Virus record (IMG/VR): IMGVR_UViG_3300013102_000004
Location: 6,630 to 70,629 of that record
Direction: 5' to 3' (one strand)
Source of the DNA: a virus
Taxonomy: Duplodnaviria > Heunggongvirae > Uroviricota > Caudoviricetes
Length of the DNA stretch: 64,000 bases
Positions 1-9,751 of this stretch are shown piece after piece. Position 1 is the first letter of the stretch; every line of letters starts with the position of its first letter. The notes below the pieces were generated by a model, which made no database searches, had not been told where the DNA came from, and worked only from the letters and a program-made list of their open reading frames with translations. A program made the translations under genes and the position numbers.

Positions 1-687
1 ACTGTGATCTTTACGTTACTCATATATCTCTCAACTTCTGTGATTCGATTTTAGTTAACCTAATTGGTTTAACTTTGATTGGAGGAACCATCTTGGGTTC
101 AGATTTCTTTTGTTTCGGAGAGTCCCAGTTCTTCTGAAGATCAGCAAAACTGGGAAGGTCACGACGAGGAGGTGTCCAACTACTTCCTGCCTTTTTCGCT
201 ACTGTCACAACTCCCCTGTCATGTACCGAAGCTCACGAATTGCGGCCTCTTTGCTTGGAAGTGGTTTGCTGTACTTCCACTTATTCGATGCTAGCACACA
301 TACCCAACCAGATACACCGTGTTTTGCCTGAGTGTATCTGGTTGCGGTTGCGAGCACAATACCCGATTGAGTAAGTGCTTCAATGTATGCTACGCCAAGG
401 AACTCACGAACAACAATGACGCGATCAGCAAGGCTATCGTCTCGCTTCAAGCTGAAGACTGTCTTGTCCTTGTGCTTGTTCATTTTCGGCCTCTCGCTCG
501 GTTCCGCCAAGAATATCAACAACTTCTTCTTCTGTCAATATTCCAACGCAAGACCAGATGAACTCCTGGCAGGCAATCCTATCAGAGTGATCAAGACTCC
601 TTCGGTACTTCATAGCCGCTTCGTACAAACGATCTTTGTACCACCGGATATTCTTGACTTCTCCTGGATCACCGAACATGATAGCTC

Positions 688-1251
688 CTACTCGATTGAG
701 TTTCCGTAATTGATTCCGACAGTTGACAACTCTACTCCGTCAAGCTGGTTTGTCAAGGCCAAGATTGCATCCTGCAAAATTTTAGGATCGCGCTTGATGT
801 ATGCCAATGTAACATGTGCCTTGTAGCCTGAGAACGTGTTGACGTGTGGCAACAGCTTAAGACGCTCATTCGCTTCTGTCAAACTGTCCCACGATCCGTA
901 GTCTGCATCAAGATGTGCCACAATACAGTAATAAGGCTCATCTGCATAGGGAGATTCAAAGAAACCGACAGACTTTACTCTAACATGCTCTGTCCACCAG
1001 TCTTCCAGTACTGCATCCACATGCCATTTCTTGACACCCGGCAACAATCCGTACAGCAATGTAGCATGTGGTTCCTGTCCGACCAAACCGTCAATCCAGA
1101 ACCTACGCTTGTCTTCCGACTTGTACAGCAATGCTTCTGGAAGCTTTATGTTAAGTGGTTCTAGGTCTAGCATGATGCATCCGAGAGTGCTTAGATCAAT
1201 ATCTAAATCTTCGTATACATCTGGGAAGTCGTGCGCCTTAACTTGAATCAA
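688..1251 (-). CDS. 2H phosphoesterase (LigT / 2'-5' RNA ligase-like cyclic phosphodiesterase)
   Basis: two H-x-T-x motifs (EPHATLLYG and KAHVTLAYI) about 100 aa apart in a 187-aa ORF. Confidence 0.5.
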   Translation of the reverse strand: MIQVKAHDFPDVYEDLDIDLSTLGCIMLDLEPLNIKLPEALLYKSEDKRRFWIDGLVGQEPHATLLYGLLPGVKKWHVDAVLEDWWTEHVRVKSVGFFESPYADEPYYCIVAHLDADYGSWDSLTEANERLKLLPHVNTFSGYKAHVTLAYIKRDPKILQDAILALTNQLDGVELSTVGINYGNSIE

Positions 1252-1268
1252 TTTATTCTCTTTCTGTA

Positions 1269-2057
1269 GTGGTGATATGTTATAATAAGTCTATGTCAAC
1301 ATACCCTTATAATCTTAAAACACGTATAGTGACAGGTCATTTTACTGATGCCCTGCCTGATTACTTGGGCAATGGTGTACGTGATCGTGAAGGCTATATT
1401 GAAATCACTCCGTTTCATAGAGAAATAAGAGTTGACTCCGAAGATATCGAACTTGATCTATACAACCTAGCTCCGCAAGTAGTCAAACTAGTTAACGGTC
1501 AGTTCTCGGTTGAATTACTGGTTACAGACCAACCCGGCATTTCTCCTGGTGGTGCTTGGACATATAACTTAAAGCCAAGCTGGAAGAACGGTCGTAATCT
1601 AAACGTCCCTATTCTGACCAGCGATCCCGCTGTAATTGATATTACCAACTACAACGAACTTCCTGAAGACCCTGGCGTTATTATTGTCAAGGGTGATCCG
1701 GGTGAGACTGGTCGTGGAATTGTCGCAACCACAACTGAAGGTAACATCGTTACTATTCATTACTCAGACGGTACCACAAGTCAGTTCGAAATTCCAGTCA
1801 TCGACTCTGAAGGTCTGATCAAGTATCAGCACATTCATATTCAGCAGTCACCGGCTTCTATTTGGAACATAAATCATAATCTTAACAGACCTGTCAGTTC
1901 AGTACGAATCAATCTTGGGGTACCAGGCAGTCCCGAATATAACGACCTGTTTCTATGTGCTTGGGAAGAAATTGATGCTAACAACATCAAGGTTTATCTT
2001 ACCGAAGATGAACAGACTCAGTGGGCATACGCTTCTGGCCGCGCCATTGTAGCATAA
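1269..2057 (+). CDS. hypothetical structural protein, tail-fibre operon (collagen-like Gly-X-Y triplets)
   Basis: first + strand gene after a divergent junction; GDPGETGRG triplets; GTG start at 1269 or ATG at 1293 (TATAAT at 1281-1286). Confidence 0.4.
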   Translation: MVICYNKSMSTYPYNLKTRIVTGHFTDALPDYLGNGVRDREGYIEITPFHREIRVDSEDIELDLYNLAPQVVKLVNGQFSVELLVTDQPGISPGGAWTYNLKPSWKNGRNLNVPILTSDPAVIDITNYNELPEDPGVIIVKGDPGETGRGIVATTTEGNIVTIHYSDGTTSQFEIPVIDSEGLIKYQHIHIQQSPASIWNINHNLNRPVSSVRINLGVPGSPEYNDLFLCAWEEIDANNIKVYLTEDEQTQWAYASGRAIVA

Positions 2058-2119
2058 AATGGTATAATTTATATCAAATAGTTTTAGGCAAATAAAACAT
2101 TAAGAAAGGATGAAACACA

Positions 2120-3232
2120 TTGCCATTAATTAAGTTCGGTAATCACGTAGACGCAGCAGGCTATGAGATTAGAAACCGCAAGGTAGAAGTTGTTACTTCT
2201 CTACCTACTCCTACTGCTCCACAAGAGGGACGTGAAGTTTACAATTCCTCTGACAAGCGCTTTTACGTATGTAATGGTTCTGGCTGGACTCTAAAGGCTA
2301 CCGACTCGGACGCTTTGAATGGTCAGGCTCCTACATTCTATACAAACCGCGCAAACCACACTGGAACACAAACCAGTGGAACAATTTCTGACTTCGATAC
2401 ACAGGTTAGATTGTCTCGTCTCGATCAGCTAGCATTGCCTACAGCCGCTCTGAATATCAACTCTCAGAAGCTTACTGCTGTAGCTAATGGTACTTCCGCA
2501 ACCGATGCTGTTAACAAGTCTCAGCTTGACGCAGTTCTAGCAGTAGCTAACGGTGCTGCTTCTGGCGTATCTATCAAGCTTGCTGTTCGTGCAGTATCCA
2601 AGGCTAACATCACATTGACTGCAACACAAACTGTAGACGGTGTTTCTTTGGCTGTTGGTGATCGTGTTCTTGTAACCGGTCAGACAACAGCGGCAACAAA
2701 TGGTATTTACGTTGTTGCTTCTGGTGCTTGGACAAGATCAACTGATGCTGACCAGGACGGTGAACTAGCTCCGGGTACATTGGTTGCTGTTCGTGAAGGT
2801 ACTTCGGAAGGCGATACTCTTTGGGGTATTCAGTCTGATGCTGCTATCACAATCGGCACAACCAACCAGACTTGGGCACGAGTAATTGCCGGTTCATCTG
2901 GTGGATTCACTGGTGCTGGAAATGGTTTGTATTCTCCTAGTGCTGGTGTTGTCGCTGTACAACCTGGTCTAGGTATCATTGCAGACGGTTCTTCAACAAG
3001 AATTGATACTGCTGTCGTAGCTCGTAAGTTCGTTGGTGCTGTTCCGGCTGGCGCAACTACTGCAACAATCACACACAACCTTAACACAGTTGACGTTACT
3101 GTAGCAGTTCACGAAGTTTCTTCAGGTGATATTGTTCTAGTTGGTGCTTCTGCTTCTGGTGCAAACACAGTAGCTCTAGATTTTGGTACAGCTCCAACAT
3201 CTAATCAGTACCGCGTAATCGTTGTTGGCTAA
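2120..3232 (+). CDS. tail fibre protein
   Basis: TTG start; conserved fibre motif TAVANGTSATDAVNKSQLD; Gly/Ala/Thr-rich repetitive C-terminal region; hairpin plus T-tract terminator follows. Confidence 0.6.
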   Translation: MPLIKFGNHVDAAGYEIRNRKVEVVTSLPTPTAPQEGREVYNSSDKRFYVCNGSGWTLKATDSDALNGQAPTFYTNRANHTGTQTSGTISDFDTQVRLSRLDQLALPTAALNINSQKLTAVANGTSATDAVNKSQLDAVLAVANGAASGVSIKLAVRAVSKANITLTATQTVDGVSLAVGDRVLVTGQTTAATNGIYVVASGAWTRSTDADQDGELAPGTLVAVREGTSEGDTLWGIQSDAAITIGTTNQTWARVIAGSSGGFTGAGNGLYSPSAGVVAVQPGLGIIADGSSTRIDTAVVARKFVGAVPAGATTATITHNLNTVDVTVAVHEVSSGDIVLVGASASGANTVALDFGTAPTSNQYRVIVVG

Positions 3233-3248
3233 TCTTAGCCTCTGCATA

Positions 3249-3280
3249 GCCCTTAAAGATTAATTTCTTTAAGGGCTTTT
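3249..3280 (+). terminator. rho-independent terminator after tail fibre gene
   Basis: 10-bp stem gcccttaaag/ctttaagggc with an 8-nt loop, followed by TTTT. Confidence 0.6.
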
Positions 3281-3297
3281 GTGGTAAAATTGACAAT

Positions 3298-3879
3298 ATG
3301 GTTAATCTTAGATATGTCGGGTCTGATCCTTCTGTCCCCGACTCAATAGCAAGAAAGAAGGATATTGTAGTACCAGATGCTACCGATACCGTTAAGGGTG
3401 TAATGAAGCTCCCCGGATACGATATCACAATTGATCCCGGCTCACCTGAAGAACCGTTCTATACCTACGGTTTGGTTGGTGGTACTGCCGATGCTCCTCA
3501 CGTAATGTACGTAACTTATTTAGTTAAAGCGTTTAGCGAGTGGGGTAGTCAATTATTTAATGAAGTCTCTACTGCAACTTGGGAAGTCAAACGTGATGCT
3601 TTGGATGCTGCAACTAAGGCTAGTTTAGCTCTAGCTGACAACTCGGTACAGCTAACAGGTACTCAGGTTATCGGTGGTTCGAAGAACTTCTCATTGAACC
3701 CTATCGTTCCTGGTCCTACTCTTGGCGGTCACGCTACTACTAAAACTTATGTGGATAATAGAGTAGACTCTAGGGTACAGAACACACCCGGCCAAACTCT
3801 GATTTTGTGGACTGGAACTCAGGCTGCTTATGATGCTTTACCAATCAAAGATGCTGCGACGGTGTATATCATAACATGA
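3298..3879 (+). CDS. tail fibre protein (N-terminal attachment-type domain)
   Basis: motif HATTKTYVDNRVD typical of fibre N-termini; same operon. Confidence 0.45.
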   Translation: MVNLRYVGSDPSVPDSIARKKDIVVPDATDTVKGVMKLPGYDITIDPGSPEEPFYTYGLVGGTADAPHVMYVTYLVKAFSEWGSQLFNEVSTATWEVKRDALDAATKASLALADNSVQLTGTQVIGGSKNFSLNPIVPGPTLGGHATTKTYVDNRVDSRVQNTPGQTLILWTGTQAAYDALPIKDAATVYIIT

Positions 3880-4517
3880 CAGCAGTGAGAATTGGATCAA
3901 ATTTGATCACAAACGCAAAGCTTGGACCGACTGACGTTCAAAAGATCATGCTCGGAGACACCTTGATATGGCAGAGACTTGTCAAGAAAACTTATACCGA
4001 TAACTACAATACGAATACAATTGCTGACTACACAGTTACGGGACAAGCAGTAACGGTTGCCAGTGGTTCTATCGGTGTCGGTAATACAACTGACGGTGAG
4101 CGTTGGGCAATGTACAACAAGGGAACCATGAACACCGACGATGTACACCTTCGTGTTGTAACTGGTACTGCTGGAACGAGAATGACCTCTCTTGTAATTC
4201 GCTGCAACGCAAACAGAGACAGATATGTCAGACTCAACATGATCAATGGAACGTCATTCTTGCAGAGAGTTACAGCCGGTGGATCAATCTCTGATATTGG
4301 CAGTGTAGCCTTGTCAACAGTTGCCGGAACGACCATCGACATTTATGCTACCGGAGATAACTACCGAATCCTGAGGAACAACACTCAGATTGCTAACTGG
4401 AACGACTCTCAGCCTTGCGCTAAGGGAGTAGATTATCGTCAATGGGGATATGCTTTTACTCGAACCAGCTTCAACAACAGCCCTCGTATTGATGACGTAC
4501 TGATAGAAGATCAGTGA
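3876..4517 (+). CDS. hypothetical protein (possible distal fibre / receptor-binding or assembly factor)
   Basis: ATGA overlap with the upstream gene; last gene of the + strand operon. Confidence 0.35.
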   Translation: MTAVRIGSNLITNAKLGPTDVQKIMLGDTLIWQRLVKKTYTDNYNTNTIADYTVTGQAVTVASGSIGVGNTTDGERWAMYNKGTMNTDDVHLRVVTGTAGTRMTSLVIRCNANRDRYVRLNMINGTSFLQRVTAGGSISDIGSVALSTVAGTTIDIYATGDNYRILRNNTQIANWNDSQPCAKGVDYRQWGYAFTRTSFNNSPRIDDVLIEDQ

Positions 4518-4538
4518 CCAACTATCAGTACGTCCTAG

Positions 4539-5591
4539 CTACGGCCTGATTGAATACAGAGTCTTTTTGAAGATTTCTTCAGCGGACTTACGATCCCAGT
4601 ACATGAACAGGAAATACTTTAGTGGATGGTCCTTGAACTCAACCGCAAAGTCTTTCCTGTTTTTGTCTGGGTTTTGTTCTATCCAGCGAAAATAGATATC
4701 AATACACTGAGCCTGAATACTAAGAGCCTCAATCACGAAATAGTCTGACTTCTCAGCTATCTCTTTCTGAAACTCGTTAGGCATGTTGGCAATGAATTCC
4801 TTGTGCGTACCCGCATAAACCTGTTCCCAAATCCTTCGATCTGTCAGGTTGAATATGGCACGATGCAATTCAATGTAGTGCTCATGCTTGATCTTGTACT
4901 TGTTTGCAGACTCCAAATAGAAGATAACAAATCCTTCTTTGTTGTCTCGCTCAAAGTCTAGATCAGAAAGGTTCTCCGCAAAGAACTCTTCAGCCACCCG
5001 GCCTGGATACGTATTGTAGTCTGGGTCTTCAGGAACCATCCAACCACATATTCCGTCCTGGAACCCTAGCAGAACCAGATCAGAGTATTCGTAATCCAGA
5101 ACAATTTTGTTCTCTGGGTAGATTATCTCCACGTGTGGAGTACCTAGACCAACAATCTTATCCTCAAACCAGTGAACATAATTCACGTTCTTTGGATCAC
5201 GCAAGAACTGGGTAGCCCACTCTGCCTGATCCGAATGAAATGATCCTCGTGTTGCCACATGAATCAAACCATCGTACTCGAATACGATACCAAGACTTCC
5301 GTCCAGCTTATCGTACGCGTAGAACTCACCTGTTTCATTGTGGTTCTCAGGATCAAGGTTCCAGAACTTAGGCTGGCAGAAGGCAACAATCTCATCTGTA
5401 TCTTTGTTGATGATCAGACCACGACACTTGATCATGGCATCTGGCCATTCCTCAGGACTGAACGAGTATGTTCCCTTAGGAGTATAGTTTAAAATTTGTA
5501 GTGGCAACTCGTGATGGTCACGTACAGAAATGTAACCCTCATTGATGCAGTCTTCTAAATCCTCTAGATCAAGGTACTCGGACAGTAACAT
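4539..5591 (-). CDS. rnlA: RNA ligase 1 (T4 RnlA-like)
   Basis: motif I KLDGSLG; blocks AMIKCRGLII..KFWNLDPEN, NKIVLDYEY, YKIKHEHYIELH align with T4 Rnl1 blocks ALECRGIMF..KFFNLNEN, NRIVLAYQ, FKIKSDWYVSLH. Confidence 0.75.
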   Translation of the reverse strand: MLLSEYLDLEDLEDCINEGYISVRDHHELPLQILNYTPKGTYSFSPEEWPDAMIKCRGLIINKDTDEIVAFCQPKFWNLDPENHNETGEFYAYDKLDGSLGIVFEYDGLIHVATRGSFHSDQAEWATQFLRDPKNVNYVHWFEDKIVGLGTPHVEIIYPENKIVLDYEYSDLVLLGFQDGICGWMVPEDPDYNTYPGRVAEEFFAENLSDLDFERDNKEGFVIFYLESANKYKIKHEHYIELHRAIFNLTDRRIWEQVYAGTHKEFIANMPNEFQKEIAEKSDYFVIEALSIQAQCIDIYFRWIEQNPDKNRKDFAVEFKDHPLKYFLFMYWDRKSAEEIFKKTLYSIRP

Positions 5592-5592
5592 T

Positions 5593-6219
5593 TTAGTCTT
5601 TCGGTAAGGCAGCTATCTTAGCTTCTATGTAGCTTAGTTCTAGCTGCATGTTTCTACGGGCATCAGCAGTCCATCGACTCTGACCAACTTTAGTGTGATA
5701 TAGATCATCACGACTCAAGAATGAATCGAGAAAAGCTTTACGTCCGTAGTACCATTGCTCATCTGTGGCAAAGGCATATTCTTTACGTATTTGTTGGCTG
5801 TGCTTGATGTAGTTGTGACTAGCCAAACCGGCCAAATCCAGATCGACAATGATCTTTTCTGGCATACTGTTTGGCTGTGGATTGTGCGTCTTGGTGACCA
5901 AAATCAGTCTGCTAACAGAATCAATCCAGCCTTCGTCGTAGTAATACGCAAGCTCGTTAGCCGCTACTTCAGCGCTACGTTCTTCATTGTCATTACGACT
6001 GGCATCATAGATCACATCGTGGTAGATAATTGCTTGCTTGATCTGCAAATAAACCGGAGTCTTTTTGTACTTGTCTCTCGAAAGAGTGGCAATCCACATC
6101 TCTTCTGGATAGAAATGTTCGTCCAGACCGGCAAGCATCAATCCAATGTGCTTGAAGTTGTGATAATGCCTATCGCTTAGCGCATACTGGTTAAGAATAC
6201 TATCTGGTGAAGTGATCAT
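5593..6219 (-). CDS. HD-domain phosphohydrolase
   Basis: H..H...HD...D metal-binding motifs (YHNFKHIG; IIYHDVIYD); stop lies 1 nt from the rnl start. Confidence 0.55.
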   Translation of the reverse strand: MITSPDSILNQYALSDRHYHNFKHIGLMLAGLDEHFYPEEMWIATLSRDKYKKTPVYLQIKQAIIYHDVIYDASRNDNEERSAEVAANELAYYYDEGWIDSVSRLILVTKTHNPQPNSMPEKIIVDLDLAGLASHNYIKHSQQIRKEYAFATDEQWYYGRKAFLDSFLSRDDLYHTKVGQSRWTADARRNMQLELSYIEAKIAALPKD

Positions 6220-6392
6220 TGCTTTTCCACATCGTAATTGACTGAATACAGCTCTTCGGTCGCCTCGTCAAAAAGCTCGTTATACGCACCTTCATCAACC
6301 TTTTCGTAGATGCTCTCTTCATCTTCAACATCAGAAGTCACATCAACTACCGCGTATGTTTCGGTGTACTTTGTTATTCTATAAATTGGCAT
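6216..6392 (-). CDS. small acidic protein (58 aa), paralog of 6392-6565
   Basis: below the ORF-track size cutoff; ATG rc 6390-6392; stop overlaps the HD start (ATGA coupling); MPIYRITKYTETYAVVDVTSDVEDEE.. Confidence 0.4.
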   Translation of the reverse strand: MPIYRITKYTETYAVVDVTSDVEDEESIYEKVDEGAYNELFDEATEELYSVNYDVEKQ

Positions 6393-6565
6393 TAGTCAAT
6401 CCTTTTATAATCATAGTCGGCATACTCATCAATGAGAGTGACGTTCTCAAGTAAATCTTCGTGGTCTAGAGGATCGAAAAGACGCAAATCCTCTTCATCA
6501 GATTCTACTTCGACTACGCTTCCCAAGTATCTGGTAACGGTTTTTTCAATTCGATATCTAGGCAT
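6392..6565 (-). CDS. small acidic protein (57 aa), paralog of 6216-6392
   Basis: MPRYRIEKTVTRYLGSVVEVESDEEDL..; TAATG overlap with the downstream paralog; starts 2 nt from tRNA-Ile. Confidence 0.4.
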   Translation of the reverse strand: MPRYRIEKTVTRYLGSVVEVESDEEDLRLFDPLDHEDLLENVTLIDEYADYDYKRID

Positions 6566-6566
6566 G

Positions 6567-6640
6567 TACTCCGGGAGGGACTTGAACCCACTGTCTTCTA
6601 CTTATAAGATAGATGCCTTTACCTGTTAGGCTACCGGAGC
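6567..6640 (-). tRNA. tRNA-Ile (anticodon TAT)
   Basis: manual fold: acceptor GCTCCGG/CCGGAGT, D-stem GCCT/AGGC, anticodon stem TCTAT/GTAGA, loop CTTATAA, T-loop TTCAAGT, discriminator A. Confidence 0.6.
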
Positions 6641-6670
6641 TTGTGCCACTTTTACTGAGTGGCCAACAGT

Positions 6671-6928
6671 CTATTCGGAGTACACTCCCGCAAGAATTTC
6701 GAGCTGTTCCTTTGTACCAATGATAGCAGACGCAGTGAACCTGCCGTCAATCTCACCTAGGGCTTCAACATATGTTGCTGTAATCTCGTCAACACGATCC
6801 TGATCCCATACCGGCAAATCAGAGGCAAGCAAATAACTCTGCTGCGCTGCAACAAGATCGTTACGTTCACCGATCAAGTCAAGAATAGCCTGATCAATGT
6901 CGTCAATCTCTTCATCGTACAAGCTCAT
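6671..6928 (-). CDS. hypothetical protein
   Basis: 85-aa ORF, acidic; coupled to the 6925-7131 ORF. Confidence 0.4.
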   Translation of the reverse strand: MSLYDEEIDDIDQAILDLIGERNDLVAAQQSYLLASDLPVWDQDRVDEITATYVEALGEIDGRFTASAIIGTKEQLEILAGVYSE

Positions 6929-7131
6929 ACTCCACTACCGTTCTTGCGGTTAACCTGACGCTGCTTTCCAGCGATCTTATTCTTAATCCTATTCTTGGCT
7001 GACTTAGCCGGATCGACTGAGCCAAGGTAGACAAGCTTGTACTGCAAGGCAAGCAGAATGCCACGTGCCCAATTAGAATCAAAATGATTCGTTTTATCGT
7101 TAACCATTGCTATCTCTTTCTGTTGTTTCAT
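6925..7131 (-). CDS. hypothetical protein
   Basis: 68-aa basic ORF overlapping its neighbours by 4 nt. Confidence 0.3.
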   Translation of the reverse strand: MKQQKEIAMVNDKTNHFDSNWARGILLALQYKLVYLGSVDPAKSAKNRIKNKIAGKQRQVNRKNGSGV

Positions 7132-7468
7132 CCCATGTTACTGGGTTTGGTTCATCCCAAGCTGAAAGATCATCATTGACCTTTTTGGTGTTTCTCTTGT
7201 TGTTCGCTTGCTCTAGCTTGGTTGCCCACCGGCAATTTCCTGGCTCGTAATTTCCGTCTACATTAATTCGATCAAGTGTGGTGTCCTTGGGACGCTCACC
7301 CATATCTGCTAGAAAATTAGCGAAGCTGGACCAACTGTGATGAACTGTAATTCCACGTCCTCCGTAGTGAACGTAGTCTTCTCTTTTTTCATTAGAGCAT
7401 CTTTGCCGCATGGCATTCCAACTGTGATACGTTGGTGTTCGTTTTGCTCTATGTCCGTGAGTTTTCAT
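7100..7468 (-). CDS. HNH homing endonuclease
   Basis: YVHYGGRGITVHHSW...DRINVDGNYEPGNCRWATKLEQANN, characteristic phage HNH motif. Confidence 0.6.
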   Translation of the reverse strand: MKTHGHRAKRTPTYHSWNAMRQRCSNEKREDYVHYGGRGITVHHSWSSFANFLADMGERPKDTTLDRINVDGNYEPGNCRWATKLEQANNKRNTKKVNDDLSAWDEPNPVTWDETTERDSNG

Positions 7469-7713
7469 ACAGAATCAAACTCTTCTACATAATCAAACTC
7501 AGAGATTATTCGTATCTTACCACCAGGATAAGCAATTAGCCACTCATCGTCATAGATGTAAGCTACGTTTACTCCGTCATCAACAGCAACTTCCTCTGCT
7601 GTTATTATTACTTCAGCTTCAGTGTGCTTCTCGACTTCCGTCTTGAACCACTCTTTTGTAGCTTCGTTAAACTGAAGACTCTTCGTCCCCTTCTTCAATT
7701 TCGGTTGAATCAT
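7465..7713 (-). CDS. hypothetical protein
   Basis: 82-aa ORF in the operon. Confidence 0.4.
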   Translation of the reverse strand: MIQPKLKKGTKSLQFNEATKEWFKTEVEKHTEAEVIITAEEVAVDDGVNVAYIYDDEWLIAYPGGKIRIISEFDYVEEFDSV

Positions 7714-8446
7714 CTACTCGTTTTCTCACAATCATTATATTATTCTTGAATGGTCCACCGTCACAGTCAAGACCGTGAACCTCAGTGAAGTAATCTTCAC
7801 CCATCAGAATCTCGGAGTACTTGTGATGATAATGACCATGAATGAAAAGACTTGGTTTTACTTCGTCCACAACGAGTTGCATTGTGTCTCTGTGAGCATC
7901 AGCTTCCCGAACAGTGTGTGCAGGAAAGCCATGTGGGTTGCCCTGAATGACTGAAATTTCTACCCTGCTTGGGCAGTCATGTGCAATCATGATATCAGCT
8001 TTAGCTCTAGTAGCTGTCAGAACATCTCCAAAACTAAGCTGTTCCTCCGACCACCATTCTTGACCAGGGACACGCCAATCTTTATCTACACTGACAGCAC
8101 CACCTAAAGCAAGCCAAGTCTCACCGTTCCAGTCCCAACGGAAACCACGTGGAAGATGAATTACCCTATCCCGCAAGGGACGTGTACCGTCTTCAGCAAT
8201 TTCGTAAGTGTACAGAACATGAAAGTTCTCATGGTTACCATCCACGAAATACAAATACATATCTCGCTTGGCCAACTCTTTGTTCAGATCGTCAAGAAAC
8301 TCTGTACCGAAGTGATAACCGAAATCTCCTGTGTGGACAATTGTTTTACAACCTAGTCCATCGGTGTATGCAATGGCAGCGAGAGCGTAACGCTTATTAC
8401 CATGCCAATCTCCCGCTGCCACAACACCATTGTGCTGTTCGATCAT
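7667..8446 (-). CDS. calcineurin-like metallophosphoesterase
   Basis: motifs GDWHGN, HTGDFGY, VDGNHENF, HGHYHH. Confidence 0.65.
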   Translation of the reverse strand: MIEQHNGVVAAGDWHGNKRYALAAIAYTDGLGCKTIVHTGDFGYHFGTEFLDDLNKELAKRDMYLYFVDGNHENFHVLYTYEIAEDGTRPLRDRVIHLPRGFRWDWNGETWLALGGAVSVDKDWRVPGQEWWSEEQLSFGDVLTATRAKADIMIAHDCPSRVEISVIQGNPHGFPAHTVREADAHRDTMQLVVDEVKPSLFIHGHYHHKYSEILMGEDYFTEVHGLDCDGGPFKNNIMIVRKRVDDSTEIEEGDEESSV

Positions 8447-8447
8447 T

Positions 8448-9698
8448 TTATTCCAATTCTAGAACTGCAATCTCTGCGAGTTCTGCATCATTCATGTACT
8501 GCTTGAAGATTTCTGTCAGATCAGCAGTGCTACGACCCTTGGGGTCCAAGTCCTGTGTAGGCTTCTGTTCGTAGAAAACTTCGAACAACCTGTTGGCCTG
8601 CTTCACATCTGGCAGTCCGATTTCCAGTTGAAGATCAACACGACCGGGACGCAAGATTGCTTCGTCCAACTTATCACGATGGTTCGTAGTAAGCAAGGTG
8701 ATCAAACCGTGGGGAGTAGCAACGCCATCCAACACATTGAGCATACCAGTCATGGTAACACCCTCTGCTTCACGGTCAGTCATAGAAGCAACGCAGTCAA
8801 CATCTTCCAATAGAAGAATCGACTCACCCGGCAATTCCTGAATACGTGAGAACAGCTCTTCATCGTTCTTCACAGTGCTCAAGCTAAGGAAGTAAAGATT
8901 AAGACCCAGTTCCTTGGCGATACCCTTGCACAAACTTGTCTTGCCCGAACCGGGAGGTCCGTAGAACAACATACCACGGTGCCACGGAATACCCTTGTTT
9001 ACATAGCCCTTTTCGCTATCAAGGAAGTTTTTAAGGTCTCCGATGATCTGTTCTGCCTGACCGTCTGCCAAAACCACAGAACTAAGCTCACGCAACGGAG
9101 TGGTCTGGTAAGCCCAACGGCCACGTGACCACATCAGAACCCACACTTCAGGTTCGGACTTGAACTGTGTTGCTGCAATCTCAGCCAAGTGAGCAAGAAC
9201 AGCCTTCTGACCCTCTTCACTGAATGTTGTGATATTCAGATTCTTAGCCAAGCTGACAGAATACGATCCGTCATCTTCCGAATTAGCTCGTGGCTGTGAG
9301 ACACTGAACTTGATCTTGTGACCCTTGAAGTAGAACTGCTTTTCCTGATCACTGTCGTAGCTGAAACGCAATTCACGTGTACCGTCATCAGCTTCATCAG
9401 CCCACCGGCTACGAACCGAAAGAGTTGACTGACGCTTTTCAGGAAGATTGCTTAGCAACCACTGCTGTACCTTGTCGTACAGATGCTCTTCCTGGTCAAT
9501 CTTGATGTGATAACTATTACGCTCTTCGTGCCACTCTTTGATGCTCTTGCCCATGTTCCACAAGCTCTGACCTGTCTGAACCACAGCCATTGTGCGAGTG
9601 ACGGAACCCATAATCTTGGAGGAATCCTCAGCGGACTTTACCTCCGACGAGTGCCTACGTGCAATGCTATGAACATTGTTCAAAGCTTCTGAAATCAT
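8448..9698 (-). CDS. AAA+ ATPase, BCS1-like
   Basis: N-terminal domain of about 200 aa, then Walker A GPPGSGKT, Walker B LLLEDVD, second region of homology LDEAILRPGRVD. Confidence 0.65.
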   Translation of the reverse strand: MISEALNNVHSIARRHSSEVKSAEDSSKIMGSVTRTMAVVQTGQSLWNMGKSIKEWHEERNSYHIKIDQEEHLYDKVQQWLLSNLPEKRQSTLSVRSRWADEADDGTRELRFSYDSDQEKQFYFKGHKIKFSVSQPRANSEDDGSYSVSLAKNLNITTFSEEGQKAVLAHLAEIAATQFKSEPEVWVLMWSRGRWAYQTTPLRELSSVVLADGQAEQIIGDLKNFLDSEKGYVNKGIPWHRGMLFYGPPGSGKTSLCKGIAKELGLNLYFLSLSTVKNDEELFSRIQELPGESILLLEDVDCVASMTDREAEGVTMTGMLNVLDGVATPHGLITLLTTNHRDKLDEAILRPGRVDLQLEIGLPDVKQANRLFEVFYEQKPTQDLDPKGRSTADLTEIFKQYMNDAELAEIAVLELE

Positions 9699-9751
9699 TT
9701 TTGTATTTCCCTCTTGGAATTGAGTATTGAGTAGTTCACGTTCCCAAGCGG

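Noticed and set aside
4539-5591. Possibility that this KLDG...ATRG protein is the adenylation subunit of a split NAD-dependent DNA ligase (LigA motif I looks similar)
   Set aside because: Four further sequence blocks align specifically with T4 Rnl1 (CRGxxF..KFFNL, NRIVLxY, FKIK..WYV.LH). RNA ligase 1 is the better call.
844-6180. Numerous + strand ORFs nested inside - strand genes, for example 844-1164, 5259-5492 and 5755-6180
   Set aside because: They fully overlap longer, motif-bearing genes on the opposite strand and are typical antisense shadow ORFs.
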